DNA of 64,000 bases from Batkoa obscura (Eukaryota): the NCBI GenBank assembly GCA_030770535.1, contig JASVEC010000017.1:868001-932000 (forward strand). The letters run 5' to 3'. The position numbers and the translations under genes are program-made. The notes below the pieces were generated by a model. The model was not told the origin of the DNA and did no database searches. It saw only the letters and a list, made by a program, of their open reading frames with translations. Below, one piece after another: positions 23,052 to 34,396 of this stretch. How positions within the stretch are numbered: position 1 is the first letter of the stretch; the number at the start of each line of letters is the position of its first letter.

Positions 23052-23405
23052 ATGTAATTCATCTATAGACTCCTTACACTCCTATCTTTAATTTTATCGA
23101 CTCTTTTACCCTAGACCAACAATGATAAAAGCAAAGATAAATTACAATATTTTACCAGTGTAGTTGAACAAGCCACTATACAAGCTAAAACTAGCACAAA
23201 GAGTCTATTTTTTAAAACTATAAGCAATATTGATACAAACAAATCGAATTTAAAAAATTCTAAAAGAGTATTTGAATAAACCATTTCCCAAGTTAGGCCC
23301 AGTATAGCGAATCTATTTATTGATATTATAGCCAAGATTAATACAAATAAGAAGAACTTGAAGGTATCTAAAGATGAGTTTGAATAAGTATTCGCATTAG
23401 TTTAA
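23052..23405 (+). pseudogene. Small secreted-protein family member with 36-aa internal repeats and four in-frame nonsense codons
   Basis: One frame, no frameshift: M*FIYRLLTLLSLILSTLLP*TNNDKSKDK... Stops at 23055, 23112, 23277 and 23385, all at positions that are Gln in paralogs or sister repeats. Confidence 0.75.
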
Positions 23406-24004
23406 TCTGTTTGGTTTATCCATGGTCTTTGGTGCTTCTAAACAATGATTCTATAATAAGACTTTAAGCTAAAAATTAGACCAAAGTTATTTGTTATATT
23501 TTAATAAAAGCATATTTTTAAACTATAGTGCTTTTGAATAAATAAAGTTTGATATAGTTTTTTGAATAAATTATACATAGTTATAAAAAGCTCGATAAAG
23601 TTATTTTAATAAAATTTAGCAAATTTAACAAATTTAATAAAATAAGGCTATAGGGTAAAATCCTCTAAACTTTAGCTTTATACTATAAAGTTTAAGCTAT
23701 TGTCAATTTTTTATTCAATTTTATTATATAAAACTATAATTTTACTCTCAATCCATTGTCATTTTCAAATATTTACACATTGGTATGAAAAAAGGTACTA
23801 ACTTAGTTAAAGCATTCTAATTGATTTGAACAGATACGTAAAATAAACTACTATGTTATATTTTATATCAACTGTGATTTTTGTTACATAGCCAAGAATT
23901 AAGTGATTAGCTACTACTCCCTATTAAACATTTATTAACGTTATTTTCATTTGAGGAAGGGAGTTAATAAATTCAATACATTTTTAAAATTTTAGCTTGC
24001 ATGC

Positions 24005-24273
24005 TACAGTTGCTGCAACTCTCTCGCGACTTTTACAACTGTAATTTTTATAAGCAAATTGTTTATATGGGGGTGTTTTTTTGGCTTCATTATTTTTTAC
24101 ATTTTTTAAGCGCTATTTGAGCGGAAAAATTGTTAGCGAAATTCTTAAACAGAACAATACATCCCCATATAGTTATTTTTAAAACCTGATTCTCATATTT
24201 TAGGCGAATTTTAACATAATCTTTTTTATAAATATACAGTTAATTAGGTTGCAAGAGAGTTGCAACAACTGTA
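24005..24273. mobile_element. Tc1/mariner-like non-autonomous element (TA-flanked TIRs) containing a nested MITE
   Basis: Left end TA|CAGTTGCTGCAACTCTCTCGCGAC; right end reverse-complemented TA|CAGTTGTTGCAACTCTCTTGCAAC. Weaker inverted match extends to about 45 bp. Confidence 0.8.
24065..24170. mobile_element. ~98-bp MITE nested in the Tc1/mariner-like element
   Basis: ATAT|GGGGGTGTTTTTTTGG...CAATACATCCCC|ATAT. Confidence 0.9.
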
Positions 24274-24375
24274 AACTAAATTTGGTTTCATAATTTTAAA
24301 TGATTTCACTAAAAGCAATCGTTACCCAGTACAAAAACAAATTTAATCATCTCAAAATATAAAATCAAAATCAAA

Positions 24376-24592
24376 ATGAAATTACTTACTCCTCGCATCA
24401 TTACCTTTAATCTTAGCAACCCCTTTACCACAAGCTAAAGTTGTTAAAAATAAAAGTAATTCACTATCTGCTCTAGAAGATAACTTCATTGACCCTGAAT
24501 CCTAACTTGAAAAAGTCAATACACCTAAAAGTGCTTTGCCTAGTTCTATTTGAAGATTAAAGACTCTTGTACGTGGTGCAGAAAAATCCTAA
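24376..24592 (+). pseudogene. Frameshifted small secreted-protein family member
   Basis: After the ATG a shifted frame reads NYLLLASLPLILATPLPQAKVVKNKSN, with internal TAA and TGA stops. Confidence 0.65.
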
Positions 24593-24746
24593 AGTATAAA
24601 GTTCTTCAACTTCATTTGACGTTTCTAAACTTTAATTTTATAATAAAAGTATGAACTAGAATTTAATGTTGTGTAATTTAAAAATACTTTTTTAAAAACA
24701 TTAGACGAATAAATATTCTTACATTTAATAAAATGCTGAACTTGTT

Positions 24747-24853
24747 ATATGGGGATGTATTTTTGTGTTTAAGAATTATACTAACAATCTTTCCGCTCAA
24801 ATAGCGCTTAAAAGATAGAAAAAATAATGAAGCCAAAAAAGACACCCCCATAT
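24747..24853. mobile_element. ~98-bp MITE with ATAT flanks
   Basis: ATAT|GGGGATGTATTTTTGTG...CCAAAAAAGACACCCCC|ATAT. Confidence 0.9.
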
Positions 24854-25440
24854 AAAACCTTTAAGTGTATAACTTAATGTTTTGGAATTTAAATTAGAAT
24901 TTATTTTTATTGATTACTGCTATTGTAAACTAATTACCATAATCTTAATCGTATTTAACATTTTATGCAAATGAGATTAAATATTGAAAGTAAGAAGCAT
25001 AAAACATTGATCTGGCAAAAGTTGACTGTAAAAACTGTAAATTAACTATTCAACTCAAACAAGAGACTATATGTATAAAAGATTTTATATCACTTTATAC
25101 AAGTTTAGAATTTTGATGTCCTTAATATTTTATTTCATTATTTTATTATTTCATTGTTTTATTATTTTATTATTTTATTTATATTAAAAGAAAAGAAATT
25201 TATTTAATTAAACTACAATCAAAAAAACGAAGTTAAATTTTAATTTAATTCTCCGATTTAATTGATTTTCAATGAAATCAATATTTAATTTCCTATATAA
25301 TAAATGAATTCAACTTAAACGTTCAACTTATCCTACGGAAAAAAAACTTCTAAAATACCCTGAGTATATAAATAGCTCATTAACCTTTCAACAATTTAAC
25401 ACTTTAAAACCAAAGGCAACAAAATATTCAAAGTTCAAAC

Positions 25441-25665
25441 ATGCAATTTAATTTTATTCTCTTATCTTCTTTACCCTTAATATTATCCATGTCCTTAAAA
25501 CAACCTATTATTGATAAAAATAATAACAATTTAGAATCCACTAGTAGTGAATTTCAACAACCCATCCCTCAAGCTTTCTTTGCTTTAGATAATTCTCACT
25601 TTAAAAATATGGCCAGCAGTAACCAAATTAAAAACAAATTATCTGTTGCTCCTACTAAGGTTTAA
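25441..25665 (+). CDS. Small secreted protein, lineage-specific family
   Basis: 74 aa, MQFNFILLSSLPLILSMSLKQPIIDKNNNNL; GAGTATATAAAT about 70 bp upstream. Confidence 0.7.
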   Translation: MQFNFILLSSLPLILSMSLKQPIIDKNNNNLESTSSEFQQPIPQAFFALDNSHFKNMASSNQIKNKLSVAPTKV

Positions 25666-25671
25666 ATAAGT

Positions 25672-25776
25672 ATATGAGGGTGTGTTTTTTTGTTTAAGAA
25701 TTTTACTAGCAATTTTTCCATTCAAATAGCGCTTAAAAAATGGAAAAAGATGAAACCAAAAAAAACACCCCCATAT
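25672..25776. mobile_element. ~98-bp MITE with ATAT flanks, just after the stop of 25441..25665
   Basis: ATAT|GAGGGTGTGTTTTTTTG...CCAAAAAAAACACCCCC|ATAT. Confidence 0.9.
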
Positions 25777-26144
25777 ACTATACATAAGAATGAAAGTATA
25801 TGAATAAATAATTAATAATGATAACAATAAATAGCAGTATTTTTTTATACATTTCATTTTTTTATTCTATTCTATTTTTTATTATATAATTAGTTAGCCT
25901 TATTTTTTTTATTATATATTAATAATAGTTAAAATATAACTTTAATTTACCACACTTAAAAAGAAGACAAGATCATTTAAAAAAGAAAAAAGTGAGAAGG
26001 GTAGAGTTATTGATAAGAGAGAAAAGAGAGAAGAAGTTAGGAGATGAGAGTTTATCAATAAATTCATAATACAATTTTCTATTACTAAATATTATTTCAT
26101 TTATTTTTTTGTAAAAAAATAAATATCCTTTTTATTTATTATAT

Positions 26145-26293
26145 TTATTTCCTATTTCTAATACCACTTTTACTTTTATCTTTTCCTGTATTATTACTAT
26201 TATTATTATTTAAACTGAACAACTGAACTTGTCCATCTTTTTTAGTAACTTTAACAATATTACTTCCATTACTATTATTATTGCTATTATTAC

Positions 26294-26325
<32 letters not shown>

Positions 26326-27038
26326 CCATTAATAGTACTTTGTCTATAAATATGTTCATTGATGATAACCCAATCATCTTCTAAAATATTCAAAAATTTA
26401 CCATCAAAATAATTTAAATTTTCTGTTACTTCATCATAATAGCCTTGACATAATTCATATAAACTATTCGATTGAGATAATATTTTACATCCTCTTTGAA
26501 ATTCAGATATTAAACCTAACCTTGATATTAAATCACAACTATTTCCTATATTTCTTTCCACATTAAATACTTCTTCAATACATAATGAAAAATTTCCTTT
26601 CATTTGATCCCATCCTTTATCTATCTTATTTATTAATTTCCCTTCTCGTAAACTTATTATTTGATTATCATAATCAAATTCATAACCAAATCTAATGTAA
26701 AATAAAATAAAATAATTAATAAAATAATAATATAAAATAACATAAAATAATATTATATTATATAAAAAATAAGTAATTTTTTAAATAATATAAATACTTA
26801 CTTTTTAAAAAACGCAAATAATAGACCACCTAAAGTTTCTTTATTAGCCAATCCAAACCCTTTTAATAAATTAATGTTTTTAAAATAACCCACATCCACT
26901 CCTAATTCCATTTCTTTTTTATATGGCAATTGATGTAATACAGGTAATATTGGTGGTTGTCTAGTTTGTAGAAAATTTAATATTAAATTCACCCAGGAAT
27001 ATGTAGATAATGTTCCACCAGCAGCTATAATTATAAGA

Positions 27039-27077
<39 letters not shown>

Positions 27078-28205
27078 TTGATTTATTTACCTGCATCATT
27101 TAATACTCTTTGTTTTGCCCAATATTTAATTGTAATAGCTAGTGGTTGTACCCTTGGATCAATATTTACATAGCATTTAATTAATTCTGTATTATGAATA
27201 GCTAATGGATTATTCACATTAATATCGCATGCTAATTTTCTAGGAATAGGATTAATAAAAAAAACCAATCATTAATCTATTTTATTTAATTAACTTACAA
27301 TTGTGGATCCCAAGCTTTAATAATGGGTACTTTAGCTTGTGATATACAATTTATATTTGAAAAACCATCTAATTAAGATTATTTATTATATTAATTTCAT
27401 ATGTTTATTTTAAATATCTTACTCCTTTTTAGTAACTCAGCCAATAATCGAACGTCATTAAACCCATCCCATGGAGTTAATATACAAATATCAACATCAC
27501 TCATTTTCATACCTAATCCATTTTCACTTGATCTAATTTATAATATTAAAAATTAATAAATGCTTTAAAAAATAAGTAAATTAATAAATTAAACTTACCC
27601 AAATAATGAAACTTTAATTTCTACTTCTGGATATTCTCTATTTAATATACTTTGTACTTTTTCAATCAATAACTTTCTTTTTTCATAATTTTTTTTACTA
27701 AGAGTAACACTCTATTAAATTATATTATTTAAAAAATTATTTTAAAAAATTTCTATACTATTTAACTACTCACTTCAAATAAAGTAATCATATCAATATT
27801 TAATTGTAACTCTTGTTCTTTTAATAACTCTTCTATAACTCCTTCTTCTTCTTCTTCTTCTTCTTCTTCTTCTTCTTCTTCTTCTTCTTCTTCTTCTTCT
27901 TCTTCTTCTTCTTCTTCTTGTGATAACCTTGCAGAATTATCTTCGCTATTTGTTTCTATTTCTTTTGTAACTTCCTCTTCCATCATCAGTATACTATTTG
28001 TCACCTCTTCTTTTTCTTCTGAATTAGTTAATTGAATCCCATTTATTTTCTCACTGACCTTTTCAGTGATTGTTTCATCCTCACTCAACTTTGTAGCAAT
28101 TTCTTCTTTTGTGTCAACCCCATTTATGACTATCTTTTCTTCTACTATTGTATTCTCTATTTTATTCTCCTTCATTTCAAGCTCTATTTGTCCACTTAGT
28201 TTCAT
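26145..28205 (-). CDS. Cid1/Cid13-like non-canonical poly(A)/poly(U) polymerase, multi-exon
   Basis: Spliced LFGSSENGLGMKMSDVDICI (GS...DxD), VPIIKAWDP, ACDINVNNPLAIHNT, WAKQRVLND, GGTLSTYSW, CIEEVFNVERNIG. Acidic N-terminus with poly-Glu. Confidence 0.9.
27843..27919. repeat. (TTC)n coding microsatellite (poly-Glu)
   Basis: About 25 perfect triplets inside exon 1 of the nucleotidyltransferase. Confidence 0.95.
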
Positions 28206-28446
28206 TGCTACTATTTAACTATTTATTCAAAAAAACTTAAATCTCTAAAAAACTTTATTAAACTCGATTTTAAAGTTAATTTTCGAATATCCTTTTTACT
28301 TAAGGCTTGAATTTTTAAAAATGGAAGGGAATTAAAACAATATAAAAATGAAAGTGAAAATGAAAATAGAAATGAAAACTAAAATAAATCTAAAACTATT
28401 CAAAAATAATACATCAATTTATTACTCTTATTCTCATTATTTGGGT

Positions 28447-31400
28447 TTAAAATAATCCTTTAACTTCACCTGATTCCAAATCAATATCCACATCAAAAAA
28501 GCAAGGTCTAGTAGGTAAACCAGGCATTGTTTGCATTTCCCCAACTAAAGGATATAAGAAACCGGCGCCTACAGAAGCTTTAATATCTCTGATGGGAATA
28601 GTAAAACCTTTAGGTACCCCCTTAGCTTTTGAATCTGAGCTCAAAGAATATTGAGTTTTTGCCATACAAATTGGAAGCTTATCGAAACCTTGTTGAGTAT
28701 ATAATTCCAATTTCTTTTTAGCTAATTCGGAAAATTCCACTCCATCAGCTCCATAAATTTCTTGACAAATTTTGTTAATTTTAGTTTCAATGGAATCCTC
28801 TAATGGATATAATAATTTGAAATCAGTTTCTTGTTGACTTGCTTCAACTACTGCATTAGCTAAATCAACAGCCCCTAAACCACCTTTTGCCCAATGATTG
28901 GATGTAACGGCAGCAAAAGCACCTGCATTCATTGCATAATCTTTAATCAACTTCTCTTCCTTTTCCGTATCACTAGAAAATTTATTAATAGCAACCACTA
29001 CTGGGATCCCAAATTTATGACAATTTTTAATATGATGGATTAAATTATCGCATCCCTTTTCCAACAATCCTAAATTTTCCTCAGTATATTCCACTGGTAA
29101 TGGTTTACCTGGTATAACTTCTGAACCACCACCATGCATTTTTAAAGCTCTGATAGTAGCTACTAACACTACTACATTAGGTACTAAACCTGAATTTCTA
29201 CATTTGATATTAAAGAATTTCTCCATTCCAATATCTGCACCAAATCCGGCTTCAGTTACTACAAATCCAGCTTCTTGGTCACTATTGTTATCTACACCAG
29301 CTATCTTTAAAGCTATACGATCGGCCAAAATGGATGAATTTCCATGTGCAATATTAGCAAATGGTCCTGCATGGACAAATACCGCACTTCCTTCTAAAGT
29401 TTGCATTAAATTGGGTTTAATAGCATCTTTCATTAATACAGTTAAAGCACCACCAATACCAATATCATCAGCAGTAATTGGATCACCTGATTTACTGGAA
29501 GCTACTACCATATTACCTAATCTAGAATAATATTATTACTTAGTATTTTATTATTAAATAATACAATAATTTTTTTAAATTTACCTTTCACGCATATCTT
29601 TTAAAGAAGTACTTAATGCTAATACAGCCATACATTCGGAAGCAACAGCAATATCATAACCAGTCTCTCTAGTCATCCCTTTTTCAGTTGGATTTAATCC
29701 TACATTAATACGACGTAAGAAACGATCATTAATATCAACTACTCTTTGCCAAGTAATCGTTTCTGGATCAATATCTAATCTAGCAAATTTACTAATTTCT
29801 TCTTCTGTTAAATCATCTGGATTGGTTTTATCAATGTTCAATTTCTATTATTTAATTATTAATATAGCTGTTGTTAAGTTAAATGATAATTAAATTTACT
29901 CTTAATCTTTTCAACATAACATCCGCAAATTTACGCTCTCCTTTTTTAGCTGGACATAATCTACTAAATAAAGCTTTATCTGATTGAGTAGCTTCATGAA
30001 ACATACGAGCATCAATGGCAGCAGCTAATAAATTATTAGCTGCAGTAACTGCATGAATATCTCCAGTAAGATGAAGATTAAATTCATCCATTGGAATAAC
30101 TTGAGAATAACCACCACCTGCAGCACCACCTTTGATACCAAAGGTAGGCCCTTGAGATGGTTGACGTACACATGCAATGGCTACTTTTCCAAGTTGACTA
30201 CTAAGAGCTTGACATAATCCCATAGTAGTAGTAGATTTACCTTCGCCAAGAGGAGTAGGGTTAATACTAAAATAAATAGATGTTTAATGTTAAAGTATTA
30301 TTGTTAATGATAATGATTACCCAGTAACTACGACATAATTACCATTTTTACGATGCTCTAAACGTTCTAAAATATTTAAACGTACTTTGGCTTTATAATC
30401 TCCATAGGGCTCTAACTATTTAATTTATAAATTATATTTATTATTGTTATTATATTATTATTTACTTCAGATTCTAAAACATTTAATTCTTTGGCCAAAG
30501 TACTAATTGGTTTAGGAGTTTGTGCTAAGGCAATATCAATATCGCTAAAAAAATATCATTAATACTTTCATCCTCAACATAAAATAAAAACTTCAATTAC
30601 CTTGGCACAGGTTCTAATAAATCTAATCTTAAAGGAACAACTTTACGTTCAGTGGACCATTGATAATATCTTTGAGCAGAAATGACCGTATTTTTTAACA
30701 AAAAGGCAACAGTCATTGGCCCAACACCTCCAGGTACTGGAGTAATGGCAGAGGCTACTTTACTGGCTTCTTCAAATTCAACGTCCCCAGTCCATCTCAT
30801 TCCAGATTTTTTGGTGGCATCTAAGGGGCTGTTAGTTTTGTACTTTTTTTGGTGATAGTGTGTATTGATATTTACCTGGAATGGAATTCATACCCACATC
30901 AATAACAACAGCTCCTGGTTTAACCCATTCCCCTTTAATGTAATTGGCTTGACCAATAGCCACAACTAGAATATCTGCCGTTTTTACCTAATTAATTAAG
31001 TATTAGTATTAGCTAAATTCTAATTGAAATAATGATTTACAATTTCAGGTAAATTTTGAGTTTGAGAATGGCATAAAGTAACTGTACAATTTTCGTTGTT
31101 TAATAAATGAAAGACCGGGGTGCCCTAAAATAGACCATTAGTAATAAATTATTGTAGATTTAATAACAATATTTACTACTATATCACTACGACCAACAAC
31201 AACTGCTTGTTTACCAGCTAAAGTAACACCTGATTGTTTTAATAATTCAATACAACCCAATGGGGTACAAGCTTTAAACATAGGCTCTGCTTTACGTTTA
31301 GAAAGATCACCAATGTTGGTTGGATGGAAACTAAAAGTAAGTAAATAATCTTTTTATTCTAATAATAAAATTATTCTTACCCATCCACATCTTTTGAAGG

Positions 31401-31934
31401 AAGGATAGCATCCGTGACTTGCTTTTCATCTAAACCATCAGGCAATGGTAGTTGAACTAAAAATCCATGAACATCATTATCTTCATTTAAGCGTTTAATG
31501 TGAGTCATAAGCTAATAGAAAAGATAATTTAAATCATTTCTAAAATTCAAAACAAAATTTAATTTCTCAAAGCTTACCTCAAACTGAGATACATTTTCGG
31601 GTAAACTAAGATGAGAAAAACCAATACCAATCTACCATTAGCTTATTAAAAATAGTTCTTTTCAAATAGAAGATTTATGCTTACTTCTAAAGCTGCCTTT
31701 TCTTTCATTTTAACATATAAGGAACTATCCTCTCGACCACCCACTTGTACAATGGCTAAGTGAGGTTTAAATGTTGGATATTTACTTTTCCAATCCTCTA
31801 CTTCAATTTTTAATGCATCACGAATGTTTCTATAAAGGAAGAAATGAAAGTTGAGTTAACATTGAATAATAGAAAACGAGGGAACAAAAAGAAACTTACT
31901 TCGATGCTACTTTTCCATCCAATAACTTTGCCAT
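28447..31934 (-). CDS. ADE3: Trifunctional C1-tetrahydrofolate synthase, multi-exon; possible upstream targeting exon to 32046
   Basis: [79 protein letters not shown]. Confidence 0.97.
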
Positions 31935-32752
31935 ACTAAATAAAAAGAGAGAGCAGGGTATTAGTATTAATTTCAAATAGTGATATTAGTTCATTTTACT
32001 TTAATAATTTTAATGATCGATTAAATAACAAGTTAGAAATCTTCATCCATTGAATTTATTACTTTTTCGAACCTATTTTATCCCTTTGTATTATCGAATA
32101 TTTAGTTTTATTTGTTAAATTTGGAATTTAAAATGGACTGATTTGATGTTTTTTTCTATGGATTGGAATTAATATTCGTTCAATTTTGCTTTTTTGCTAA
32201 AAATTGTTGGTGACGACAGAGTACTTGGAGGGTAATGATTTTTGGATTATAGAATGTTATTATAAGTATAATATGTGTTTTATAAAAGAGTTATAAAAAA
32301 ACTGCTTATGATAATACTACTTTAACATTTATTTATTTATTAATCCCAAAATAAAATAGTCACAGCTATCTGATTTAATTTATTAATTTTTATTATCTAA
32401 ATTACTAAATTAAGTAGGCACTAATCTATAAAACTTGGAATTTATCTTATAGTTCTAGTAATAATTCACAAAATCCGATATACTAATAAATATTTTGTAT
32501 ATAAATGACATATTACATTAATCAATTTGTTTTACTTATATTTTTGAACAAAACATTAAACAACTACCTATTATTATTTATTAAACCCTTTTATACATTC
32601 ACTTTTTAACATAAAAAATGATTAGGTCATCGCCCTATATATTTTGTAAATTAAAAAAAAGTGCATTTTTTATTCAACTCATTTTTTTTTTAAAGATCGA
32701 TTATTAACTTCTCTTGAATCCAAAAATTAACCTTCAACCTAATCATACAGTA

Positions 32753-34279
32753 ATGGATGACACTGTAAATGCATGGAACTCCTTACGACCAGAAAATATC
32801 GATCCAAAAGCAGGTAACTTACACCGTACAGGTAGAAATTTTAAACCTAGTGAGACTGCAAGTAAATCAAATAATAAGAATACAAACAGAGTGAGAAGTG
32901 GTGGAAATGGGTATGGAGGTTGGAATGACAAAGTAAGATTGATGGATTCTTTAAGTTGGATTTTATGCTAAATGAAATTTGTTTTTTGGTTTTTAGAATC
33001 AGGTTAATATTAGTAAAATAGAATCAAAACAAAGTAATCAAAGTAGTATCGATACTAATAGTGGAATAATAAATCAATGGGGTAGTATAGTGAATTCAAA
33101 TGGTACTAATGCAGGTCAACTACATCGAAAAGGAAACAATTTTAGACCAAATAAAAAAGAATCAAAAGCAAAATATATTTATGGTGAAAAAGTAAGTTAT
33201 TGAGTTTATAGGATTTATTTGTTTATATAGTAATCGTAATTAAATTTATTAAGGAAAGTAATAGTAAGATTAAGGACGATTATTTAGATGATGAGTGTAT
33301 GGCATAATTATAATTATAAAAAATCATATATTAATTATTATTAGTGGATAAAATGAAGACTAAAAATATAGTTTATAATAAACAACAAGATATACCAGAT
33401 AATTGGGATCAAGCTATTAATTTAAGCAAAGATATAAAGCCTAATTATATGAATGATAAATATAATAATCAAAATAATAGCTATCATAATTACAGTAATA
33501 ATAATCAATTTAATGATAATGATGATGATGATTATAATATAAATAATAGAGGTAGATATAATAGTAATAATAATTACTATAATACTGATATAAGAAGTAT
33601 TCATAATAATAGTAGAAATCAATATTATAATAATAGTGATAATTATTATAAGGATGAATTAAGAAATCATTATAGAAACAATATAAATCAGTATTATGAG
33701 GATGAGGATAACAATAATACCTACTACAATGATAATTTAAGATATAATATTAATGATAATATTAGTGATAATAGATTAAGAAATAACATTGAAAATAAAG
33801 TAAATTATAAAATCATAAATAAATAAAGTATTAATTATATTATAGCATATTAAAACAAAGTATAACAATATGGAACAACAGGAAGATTATTTAGATTATC
33901 AAAGTAAATATTATTTTATTTAATAATAATATTGTTATTAATTTTTATTCTATTAGGATCTAGTTTTTTATCAAATGAAGATTTCCCTATCAATGAATTA
34001 AATAAAAAATTTAATGAAATGGATCTTCATAAATTACCACATCATAAAAGAATTGATGTTAATGATGATTTTGATTATAATCCTTATTTGTTTACTTGTG
34101 AAATTGAATTACCTAATGGAAGTCAACAAAAAGTGGATATCTTTGAAGTGGATAATTTAATGGAAGTAGCTTTTGAATTTTGTCAACAATATAAAATAGC
34201 AGGTGGTCGTACAATTATTAGAAAGTTAGCTAAAAGATTAAAGAAAGTAAAGGAATCATATATTAAAAATAATTTATAA
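32753..34279 (+). CDS. Hypothetical multi-exon protein with Asn/Tyr-rich low-complexity middle and a small folded C-terminal domain
   Basis: Series of ORFs joined by GT-AG introns; duplicated AGxLHRxGxNFxP motif. Start and exact splicing uncertain. Confidence 0.6.
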
Positions 34280-34396
34280 TTAAAGAAAATAAAATGAAGA
34301 AAAAACAAAGATATAAATGGGAATGAAAAAATGTATTACAATTATATTTAATAAATAAAATAAAAAAAGTATAACTTATAACTTATAACTTATAAC

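Noticed and set aside
23052..23405. TAA/TAG reassigned to Gln (ciliate-type code) as the explanation for in-frame stops
   Set aside because: Conserved genes in the window end at TAA or TAG at the expected positions and long ORFs contain no internal TAR codons; these are pseudogene mutations.
19374..25776. CRISPR-like array from the recurring repeat
   Set aside because: Repeats are ~98 bp, irregularly spaced, in both orientations, with TIRs; eukaryotic context and no cas genes.
25639..25857. 72-aa minus-strand ORF
   Set aside because: Runs through a MITE and AT-rich sequence; spurious.
29204..29530. Antisense or alternate-frame ORFs (also 6403, 8417, 13805, 23111, 33422, 37550, 39524, 42661, 45308, 52537, 54073, 60394, 61265)
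   Set aside because: Shadows of real genes or low-complexity sequence, with no independent motifs.
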